The position numbers and the translations under genes were made by a program. A stretch of 64,000 nucleotides of DNA, from contig CAVVCE010000007.1 in assembly GCA_963746235.1 (NCBI GenBank), forward strand, positions 19,854-83,853, given 5' to 3'. Positions 39,631 through 47,595 of the stretch are shown here, piece after piece. How positions within the stretch are numbered: the stretch's first letter is position 1; every line of letters begins with the position of its first letter. Origin of the DNA: an uncultured Alphaproteobacteria bacterium (GTDB lineage: Bacteria > Pseudomonadota > Alphaproteobacteria > Rhizobiales > Xanthobacteraceae). The notes beneath the pieces were generated by a model that did not search any database, was not told the origin of the DNA, and saw only the letters and a program-made list of their open reading frames with translations.

Positions 39631-40695
39631 TTAAGCCCAGAATGCCTTCACGCGATCGGATTCCTTTGCCGCACGGTCGTATCCCGCCCTGAGGGCGGGG
39701 CCGATCTCGGCCGGCGAGACCAAATTCACCTGACCCGGATTGGCGGCGATCAGAAGCGTCCTGGTCCCGGCGGCTTCCAAATCCTTGATCTCCTGTTGAA
39801 TGCCGTTCGGGATATTCGAAAAGCGCGGACCGCTGCCACGGCTCCCGTCGGTGAGGGAAACCACCAAGGCACGTTTGGCGCCGGCCAACAGATCGGAATG
39901 CGTGCTGGACGAACTCATTCCGCCGTCCATGCAGATACGGTCGCCGATCCATGTCGGGCCGAAAATACCCGGCAGGGACATGCTGGCCGATACCGCGTGG
40001 GAAATCGGAATCTGGTTTTCCTCTGAAACGACGAGCCGTTCTCCGGTGTAGCAGTCCATTGTCGTCGCGTGGAACTTCGGGCTGGGCCACGACCGGTTAC
40101 CGGTCATGAGTTCGATCATGTCCTGTAGCTTGGACACTGGAGGGTTCCTTGCCGCCATGGCGCAGCGGCCGATCGACTGGATGGTAGAGAGGCTGCCGTC
40201 GTTGACGGCTCTGCAGATATCGACGGCGCGCGTCTGGCCCGGATTGGGCTTGGGCGTCGGCACCAGGGCCGCAAGGATCCGCGGAAAGTCGCCGAAGAAG
40301 TCGAATTCGCGGGTCAGCCGTTCGAGATGGCCGCCCGCGATCGTGCTGCCCACGACCGATCCGGCCGACGTACCGACGATGACATCGGGCACTTCATATG
40401 GCAGGCCTTGAGCACGGAGCCCGTAGGCGAAGCCGAGCATCCAGGCCACGAAATATTCGCCGCCGCCGCCGAGTGCCAGTGCGCGATCCTTGCCCTTTCC
40501 GAGCGAGCGGGCGGCCGGAACCGGCAAGGGCACCGCCAAATTATCGCGGAAGGTGATGTCTGGTGCGGTGGCCGGCGCGCCCGACGGGGCTTGCGCGGAC
40601 GCCGTTCGCGATGAGAACGCGAAAGCGGCGACTGTTCCCAAGACCAATTCACGCCTACAAACAGGCAAGAGCCCGGGCACTTCGGTTTTTAACAT
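39631..40695 (-). CDS. Patatin-like phospholipase with N-terminal export signal
   Basis: LALGGGGEYF (oxyanion), GTSAGS (GxSxG), DGGMSS (DGG). N-terminus RRELVLGTVAAFAFSSRTASAQA. Confidence 0.8.
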   Translation of the reverse strand: MLKTEVPGLLPVCRRELVLGTVAAFAFSSRTASAQAPSGAPATAPDITFRDNLAVPLPVPAARSLGKGKDRALALGGGGEYFVAWMLGFAYGLRAQGLPYEVPDVIVGTSAGSVVGSTIAGGHLERLTREFDFFGDFPRILAALVPTPKPNPGQTRAVDICRAVNDGSLSTIQSIGRCAMAARNPPVSKLQDMIELMTGNRSWPSPKFHATTMDCYTGERLVVSEENQIPISHAVSASMSLPGIFGPTWIGDRICMDGGMSSSSTHSDLLAGAKRALVVSLTDGSRGSGPRFSNIPNGIQQEIKDLEAAGTRTLLIAANPGQVNLVSPAEIGPALRAGYDRAAKESDRVKAFWA

Positions 40696-41012
40696 TGTGC
40701 TTCTCCGTTGGTCGCAACCAACAACGGTTGCGCCGGCCCGAATTCCGACCGACGATACAGGACGGCTGCCGTTCTTCCTGCCTCACGCAGCAACCACATT
40801 GGTAGGTGCCGTAGTGCCGGTCCACCTGTCCCACAATCCGATTACGGCGCGGCCCTTCTCGTCGACGGCACTCCCAATTCCTGCTCTCGCCACTGTTCCG
40901 GCCGGCGAGGACCCGGCGCCAAAACACGCCTTTCCAATATTGAGAGGTGCCACCTATTGTTTGCATATACGCGTAAGCCGTGCGAACTGGCCGAAGAGAG
41001 ATGGGCCCGGCG

Positions 41013-41189
41013 TCATTTGCCGACAGACGCGAGCTGCGAGGCGATTGCGCTGAATGTCGCTTTCAACTGCGATCCAAGCGTGTTCACGACGTGAATGATC
41101 GCAACTGCAATACCGGCCGCGATCAAGCCGTATTCGATGGCCGTTGCGCCGGATTGATCTTTCGCAAATTGCTTCGCAAGCTCGACCAT
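41013..41189 (-). CDS. Flp/Fap-family type IVb pilin (orphan)
   Basis: 58 aa: MVELAKQFAKDQSGATAIEYGLIAAGIAVAII... with the canonical G/ATAIEY processing motif. No tad/cpa genes nearby. Confidence 0.8.
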   Translation of the reverse strand: MVELAKQFAKDQSGATAIEYGLIAAGIAVAIIHVVNTLGSQLKATFSAIASQLASVGK

Positions 41190-41786
41190 GCGAGTCCTCT
41201 GTTGGCAATGCGATACCGGCACCAAACCTAAAGGCGGCCTCGTTTCCAAAGCGCTAATCCGACTGGAGAAGCCGCCCCGTCGCAGGATCGTCCTGAACGA
41301 AACGTTGATCTCGTCAAGTACCAACGGGTCGCCAGCCGGAACGGCGAGTTGCAGCCGGCTTGCGCTCGATCTGGGTGTCATCCTCAACGGGGCATAAGGT
41401 GCGCGGTCGAAGCGTCCAGCGAAGCCGACTTCCGAAGGACGAGCCGGCCTCTAAAGGAAGTCGAGCCCAAGCATAACAGCTTCGCGGGAGTGGGGCACGC
41501 CACAAACTCGGGGCCTTTTGAAAATACGTAGGCCTGCCTGGCCGCAACTCGGCATCCCCCAGTCGCATGACCGTCCCGCGGCTGGGCGACCAAACGACCA
41601 TCCCCACAAACGACCATCCCCTCTTCGCGTGACGCGCCGGCTGATGTAAATTCATACACGAGCTGTCAGCTGGACGTGCCGAAGTCCTGCAAATCAACGA
41701 CAGCGTTGGTGCCTTCGGCAGGCGCTGTTTGCAAGAAATTGAACAATCTTGCGGGTGCCGTCAGCACCGCTTTTGAGAGGACGCCC

Positions 41787-43069
41787 ATGAGAACGTCGCA
41801 GGCTGTTTTCGCAATCATCGTTGCTGGCACTTTATGCTTTTCATTCGCGGCGCGGGCTGCGGACGCTCTGCCGCGCGCCAAGCCGGAAGAGGTCGGCATG
41901 TCCTCCGGGCGCCTTTCGCTGATCGACAAGGCGATCAATGGCGAGGTCGCGGCGGGGCAGCTCCCCGGTGCGGTGCTCGCCATCGCGCGGCGCGGGAGGC
42001 TCGTGTACCTTGAGGCATTTGGCTATCGCGACAGGGCGACCGGCGCGCCGATGACGACCGACGCTATCTTCAGCATCGCGTCGATGACCAAGCCGATGGT
42101 GGCCGTCGCCGCCTTGCAGCTTTACGAACAGGGCAAGCTGCTGATGGACGATCCGCTTTCGAAGTATTTCCCGAAATTCGCCGATATGCAGGTCGCCGTG
42201 CTGGACGCGGGCAAGGAAAGCATCATCCAAAAAATGCCGGCGGTGCGGAAGATCACCATTCAGGATCTCTTCCGGCATACGTCCGGCCTCAGTTACGGGA
42301 ACAGCGGCACAACCGTTCTACACAAGATGTACCCGGTATCGAGCGGCACGGCATCCCAAACCCTGAGTGGTGTTGAATTCCTCGACCGGCTCAGTTCGCT
42401 GCCTCTCGTGTATCAGCCCGGCACGGTTTGGGAATATGGGTTCGGTCTTGATGTTCTCGGACTTGTCATCGAATCGATAACCGAACAACCGCTGGGCCAA
42501 TATATGCAGGAGAATTTGTGGAAACCTCTGGGGATGTCCGACACTGGCTTCGTCGTCCCCGCCGACCAGGCATCGCGATATGCTCACCCGCTGCCCAACG
42601 ATCCCGTGACCGGACAGCCGCAAGCGGTGCCCATGCGGCTGCAAAAGCCGAAATTCGAGTGCGGCGGCGGGTGCGCCGCTTCCACGGCGGGAGACTACTT
42701 GCGCTTTGTCTCCATGCTGGTCAACAAGGGCCAATATGGCGATACGCGCATCCTTGGCCGCAAGACGGTCGAATACATGCTGTCGAACCAACTCGGGCCG
42801 GACGTCAGAAGAGTCAGTTGCGAAACAGCGGCTCGATCCATGCCGATTATGGTTTCGGACTATCGGTTGCGGTCCGCGTCACTCCGGGGATCGCGTCCAG
42901 CACCGGTTCTGTCGGCGATTTCTCGTGGCCCGGGGCATTCGGCACTTACTGGTGGGGCGACCCGCGCGAGGAACTGGCGGTGGTGTGGATGACACAAACG
43001 CCGGGATCGGCGCGGGGGAAATATCAGCGAATGATCAGAGCGATGGTCAATAATGCCATCACCGATTGA
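41787..43069 (+). pseudogene. Serine hydrolase (class C beta-lactamase/esterase family), -1 frameshift near 42806
   Basis: Signal peptide, SMTK (SxxK) and YGN motifs. The C-terminal ADYGFGLSVAVR...WPGAFGTYWWGDP is in ORF 42518..43069. Length is 3n-1. Confidence 0.8.
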
Positions 43070-43626
43070 CCGTTCTCGCCTCGACTTATGCGGATGAGGT
43101 CCAACGGGCCCGGATGAAACCGGGCTACTTTCATTCCTCCAACGCTGCACGATTTTGGCTATTGATCGGGCATCCAGACGGAGTAATAGCTCCAATGCTC
43201 ACCCTGGTAAGCTCCGAAAACCCTTGCCGGAGAGCGCGAGCGCATGGCGTGGCTGATCGCGAGCGGGTCTCCCTAAATAGTCATGCAAACGAGCCGTATA
43301 GACTGGCGGTCCAGGATGATTTCATTGATGCGTGCGCTGCTTTGTGGACTGCCGAGCGCGTCTACGGGCGAAGCAAAACGCATTCCGCCGATCGTTGACG
43401 CTCGCGGCCTCCACATCGCAATTTGAATTTAAGGAGCGAGGGGGCGGTTGCATCACGGCGGCGGTGATCGCGACAACGCATCGCCTAGAGGCGAATTGAA
43501 GTCGGTACAGAGCGACGCAGCCGGCGAAGTGTCGGCTGGCCCCGCCTCAATCGCTGGCCGCGTGACAGCGAGGCACGTGAAGGTCGTCTTCGGCGGTAAA
43601 TCCGACAACGGTCATTCCACGAAGGG

Positions 43627-44136
43627 TCAGATTTTTCGGCTATCGTAGGCCCAATGCAGGAGAGCCTGGCGCTGGCGCGGACGGCAGAAAAGGTCACCTG
43701 GCTCGCAGTGCCGCTCGATCTGCCGCACGTGCCGCCGCATCGCTTTCCATCGCTTGATCTGCCGTCGGTCTTCATCGGGCATCCGACGGCCGATGTAGTA
43801 ACGGCAATACCATTGGAACCAACCGCGCGGGTCGTCCGGATGAAGCCATCCTTTGTGGCGCCAGACAGATAGTGGTTGGCTGGCGTCAACGCCGTAAAAA
43901 TTGAGCGAGCAGTCGCGATGAGTTGGGGAAAGCCTGGCACCAACGAACCAAACTTCCGGAAACTCTTCTCGCGTATCCGTCATGTACTTGCCGCAAAAGA
44001 CGCCGAGCCGGAGCATCTGTCGCGGCGTGAGATCGGGCTTGAACTCCGGATCGAAATTGCGGCCGATGGGGGCGATTCGCGCGTAACGGTAGTCTTTCTG
44101 CATTCTGTCATTCACGACGACGGTGCGTTTGCGCAT
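43627..44136 (-). CDS. Conserved hypothetical protein (widely distributed uncharacterised family)
   Basis: 169 aa: FDPEFKPDLTPRQMLRLGVFCGKYMTD...DPRGWFQWYCRYYIGRR...RQALLHWAYD. Confidence 0.6.
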   Translation of the reverse strand: MRKRTVVVNDRMQKDYRYARIAPIGRNFDPEFKPDLTPRQMLRLGVFCGKYMTDTREEFPEVWFVGARLSPTHRDCSLNFYGVDASQPLSVWRHKGWLHPDDPRGWFQWYCRYYIGRRMPDEDRRQIKRWKAMRRHVRQIERHCEPGDLFCRPRQRQALLHWAYDSRKI

Positions 44137-44413
44137 TCTGCGTCCTTTTTTCGGGCGAAGTTCCGCTTCGCTCGAACGCTTTTGCGTTTGGAGGAGCCAA
44201 TTCTACCGCGACGACGTCTGGGACCGCCAGACCCGCTTCAGCCCCGATCCGAAAGGGAGCCAACCTTCGGAGCCGATCATGCGGCGCGCAGCACGACCCC
44301 GAATGGCCGCGCCGGCCGCATGAGGCAAGATCGGAAGCGCTCCCGTCGTCTCCGATGTTGTCGCGCTCTATGCTGTGCTACGGCATTTGGGTCCAAAATT
44401 GGGTCCATCCCCT

Positions 44414-44761
44414 ATGATTGAGGTGCCGATAAGCCGGCCGATACCCGCAGACCTGCGCGCGAGTTTTCTTGAAGCGGTAGAAGGCCTCCTTCCCTATTGG
44501 CGAGGCGCTCCGCCGGAGCCGGAGGTGACATGGGACCGGAAGCCGTATCCGATCAGCGCAATCTGCAATTTCGTGAACAATCCGAATTTTGTTCCGGAGC
44601 AAATGCCGCCCGTGCTCATCGTCTTGATCTGCGACCTGACAGACGCAACCCTTCCGCCGCTCGCCGACCACACCTATCAGGGAGGGGCGCGCTACGTCGC
44701 CGAAATCATCGAACGGCGCCGACGGCAATTTCGATCCAGACTCGGGGGACCATTGCTCTAG
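44414..44761 (+). CDS. Hypothetical protein
   Basis: 115-aa ORF from MIEVPISRP, divergent from the previous gene. No recognised motif. Confidence 0.35.
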   Translation: MIEVPISRPIPADLRASFLEAVEGLLPYWRGAPPEPEVTWDRKPYPISAICNFVNNPNFVPEQMPPVLIVLICDLTDATLPPLADHTYQGGARYVAEIIERRRRQFRSRLGGPLL

Positions 44762-45031
44762 GAGCAACCGAAAGGGATGATGCTTGGCCGCCGAGAACTG
44801 CCTCGATCCGAAAGACAGAGTCGCTGATGCTGGATGCACGATCGCGTCAGGTCCCGGATTTGCTTATTTTCTGATGTGATCCTGCAGCGGGCCGGCGATC
44901 GAGGCCACCCACCGCAGCTGGGCCGCGAAGCAAAAACGCCCGCCAAATCCAGACGTTGCTATGTCGCGACGATGAGCGGTTTGGCGCATGGCGTTCGCAG
45001 GAACCTTCGAGAACGAAAATAGGAATATAAT

Positions 45032-45241
45032 TCAAGATAGAGTGCGGCTATTTTCTCGCCAGAGAGCGGCGAGAAACTCAAGAAGGGCCATCTTTCCCGC
45101 CGCTCTTGCGGTCCCTTCCGATCTGAAATCGCCTTTCCGCAGACGAGCCGGAAGAGGCGCGCCATTGCGATAAACTTCCCATTCCCATGGCGAATGTGGA
45201 TTGGGCTGGGCCACCACAATCGTATAGTTTTCTTCGCTCAT
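45032..45241 (-). CDS. Small hypothetical protein
   Basis: MSEENYTIVVAQPNPHSPWEWEVYRNGAPLPARLRKGDFRSEGTARAAGKMALLEFL. It lies in frame behind a resolvase HTH remnant. Confidence 0.4.
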   Translation of the reverse strand: MSEENYTIVVAQPNPHSPWEWEVYRNGAPLPARLRKGDFRSEGTARAAGKMALLEFLAALWRENSRTLS

Positions 45242-45261
45242 GTCCGCAGGCTCGGTATCGG

Positions 45262-45640
45262 AATCGGTCGCCAAGGTACGATAGACCGACGCTCGGCCGA
45301 CCTCCAACGCTTTCGCGATCTCCGACGCTCCCCGCGGCCCTCGGCCTTCACGCACCCTGACCGCAGCTTGGGCGTTGGCTACGGGCCGTCCAAAGCGGTC
45401 TCGCGGACGTTGACGCCGCGGTCGCCGCCCGGGTTCGGGGTGCGGTCATGCTTGCAGCCGCGCGAGCAAGCGTCGCACCTGAGCCGCCTCCCATACCCCT
45501 GCCGCCCGCGGTCCGAACGCCGCGTCGATTTGATTCTTCAGCGATACCGCTCAAAGTCGATTGCCCGCGCGTCTCGGTGTCCTTGATGGTGGGCGCAAGG
45601 TCGACCGCAAACCGGCGCGCGTGTGACGCACCGACCTCCG
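45262..45640 (-). mobile_element. Serine-recombinase (resolvase/invertase) C-terminal remnants
   Basis: One piece is an HTH fragment, GASEIAKALEVGRASVYRTL. A second piece, RRFAVDLAPTIKDTETRGQSTLSGIAEESNRRGVRTAGGR, continues in another frame as VWEAAQVRRLLARLQA. No catalytic N-terminal domain. Confidence 0.5.
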
Positions 45641-45846
45641 AGCCGGCCCTGTGGCTGCGAAAAGGACCGCTTCGATTGCTCCAATCCGTGAACGACAGGA
45701 TGATCGGCGACCAACGGGGCTGAGCGCGTTAACGACGATCCCTTCTGCACACTATTTCCGCTTGACCCAAAATAACGGTCAGATATCTTGTTTATACAAA
45801 AGTAATGCAACTGTATTTTGATTGAATCAACCTTTGGTGGAGCTAC

Positions 45847-45996
45847 ATGACAGTCATAGCAATGCCGAGAAAGCGCCAGGAAGCCGATGCGGAATATCGT
45901 CAGCGAATGATCGTCAACGCCGTCGCGGCTTCCTTCATCGCCTTGTTGATAATCAGCGGGTATTGGGTGGTGAGCGCGCTGGCGGGAGCCTTCTAA
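45847..45996 (+). CDS. Small single-TM membrane protein
   Basis: 49 aa, below the track cutoff: MTVIAMPRKRQEADAEYRQRMIVNAVAASFIALLIISGYWVVSALAGAF. RBS GGTGGAG upstream. Confidence 0.4.
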   Translation: MTVIAMPRKRQEADAEYRQRMIVNAVAASFIALLIISGYWVVSALAGAF

Positions 45997-46131
45997 ATCG
46001 ATGTCCAGGCGGCCCGCCAAATGGCGGCACGAACGGCAACGGTGGCGCGTCACTCTTGGATCTCGCACCAGTGTGATAATTCGGCAACCAACGCGCCCTC
46101 CAATTGGCCTACGCTCCTCTTGCCCTCATGG

Positions 46132-46184
46132 GCATTTCCTCTTTGAAGCATTTCCTCTTTGAAGCATTTCCTCTTTGAAGCATT
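46132..46184. repeat. 16-bp perfect tandem repeat x3.3
   Basis: GCATTTCCTCTTTGAA repeated head to tail, immediately upstream of the terminator hairpin. Confidence 0.95.
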
Positions 46185-46189
46185 AGCTT

Positions 46190-46216
46190 GCCCCGCTTTT
46201 TGCGGGGCTTTTTCTT
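46190..46216 (+). terminator. Rho-independent terminator
   Basis: GCCCCGC-TTTTT-GCGGGGC followed by TTTTTCTT. Confidence 0.8.
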
Positions 46217-46563
46217 GTATGCCGAGCATGATCGACAGCTTGGGGGTGTAAGTCCTTTACCCAGCCTGATGGCGGCGAAGGGTTAGCGAAGCGCAAGGGC
46301 GTCGTCGCGAGGCGAGGTCTGAAAGAAGCGTGGAGCAAAGCCGCGACCCGATGGATAAGAACCGGATAACGAGGCCTCCCCGGCCGGACGAGCGAGCGAG
46401 TGATCGCGAAGTCCACTGCCATCCCCCCAACGCCGCCCTCGCGGCGCTCGGCTTGCCTTTCCTCGTGCCCACCAAACCGAGTAATTTACCGAACCGCCGT
46501 GTACGGACCCGTACGCACGGTGGTGTGGGAGGGGTGGGTCGTGAGGCTCCCCCCTATCCCGAT
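46217..46563 (+). mobile_element. ORF-less, truncated-architecture group IIC intron ribozyme (DI, DV, DVI)
   Basis: Conserved IIC blocks GUUAGC..CGCAAGGG..GUCUGAA.GAAGCG..GCAAA and AAGUCC...CUGCC. DV 46491-46527 is GAACCGCCGUGUACGGACCCGUACGCACGGUGGUGUG, with a CGC triad and a 2-nt bulge. DVI has a bulged A at 46556. The element starts 8 nt after the terminator stem. The 3' end is uncertain (46563-46567). Confidence 0.7.
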
Positions 46564-46784
46564 TTACGGTTGCACTATGGGCTCAACCGAGCCCTGCGCA
46601 TCGTCGGGCCGTACGGTTCTCGACTTTGAACAAGTCTCGCGAAGGACCGCACCAGTAGGCCGCGCCGAGCCTCTTTGATAGCGGCTTCCAGACCCATGGC
46701 ATAGGCCTGCCGAAACACGGTCATGCCGTCTGCCTCGGTCTGTTCGTTGAGGGCTTGGCGCGTTGGCGTCGCCGTTGCACCGGA

Positions 46785-47025
46785 TCAGTTGCCGCTGGCG
46801 GTCATCACCGCCTGACAGGGCTTGCTGATGCGCGGCTTCTGCTGCCTGAGGCAGGAGATAATGCGATCGAGACTCCCGATCGCGGAGACGCAGTAGCGAA
46901 ACACATCCCCGGTGCAGGCGGCGCGCGCCTCGGCTTCGCCGACCGCAAAGCTCGGGGTCGAGGAGGCGGCGAGCACCAGCGAGAGGACAATAGAAGCCGA
47001 GGTCAGTTTCCGAAATTTGTTTCAT
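46785..47025 (-). pseudogene. Small secreted Cys-rich protein, +1 frameshift just after the start codon
   Basis: ATG AAA CAA at 47025, then a one-base shift gives FRKLTSASIVLSLVLAASSTPSFA (signal peptide) + VGEAEARAACTGDVFRYCVSAIGSLDRIISCLRQQKPRISKPCQAV. Confidence 0.5.
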
Positions 47026-47595
47026 GAGAGCCCTCCAAGGTTGACCTGTTCCCAACCCCATAACGCTCGCACGCGAGATCCTGGAGTACCGTGATCGCCC
47101 TCACACAACGCATCTGGCCGGTGGGTACCGATCCTGACGATCGAGCACACGAGACAGTGCCCAGGGAAACGGTTCAGGTTCAACCGTTGAGGTCCAGAAG
47201 GGGGCGCAGCGGGTGACCGGACACGGCAACTGGAAGCCAAGTATCACACTAACCTACATGTAAGCCATTGAAATATATCACTTATGTCATGCAGGCGACA
47301 GTCTCAGCCGAATAGATGCTTCCTGTGATGTGAAACAATGATCGTGAGTTCCTCAAGATGGAACCGCTCGCGGGCACGAAGGTTGTTTCGGGAGGCCGGT
47401 GCGCAGGATGAGCGTAGCCAGCCATGCGAATTCCGCTGAAGGCGCCGGCCCTCGACCACCGGCAGGGTGCGGCCTGACGCTGTGCGAGCATCGTCGGCAC
47501 TTGGAGTCACCGGCTAGCGCGCTAACACCGGTTGTCATGAGGCACCCGCCGGCGAAACGGCGTCTCCTCGCGGCGTAGGCAGAAGCAGGGGGACG

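Noticed and set aside
39631-40695. Patatin phospholipase as a CBASS/defence effector
   Set aside because: It has an N-terminal export signal and no cyclase, SAVED or other defence partner adjacent. The other patatin (5441-6892) is a lipoprotein in core context.
43066-43398. 110-aa ORF whose tail (DDFIDACAALWTAERV) vaguely recalls DUF429-type nuclease C-termini
   Set aside because: The similarity rests on a few residues only, and the N-terminal part is not protein-like.
46217-46640. Considered RNase P RNA, tmRNA, a cobalamin riboswitch or a retron ncRNA for the structured non-coding segment
   Set aside because: The diagnostic motifs are absent: no GAGGAAAGUCCGGGC P4 block, no tag-peptide reading frame or T-arm/ACCA end, no B12 box, and no RT gene. 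The group IIC intron blocks fit much better.
46183-46678. Several 70-100-aa ORFs on both strands (for example ...HASFRPRLATTPLRFANPSPPSGW..., ...NRRVRTRTHGGVGGVGREAPPYPD...)
   Set aside because: They overlap the ribozyme-like element. Such peptides are the typical spurious translations of conserved group II intron RNA, and there are no RBS or coding features.
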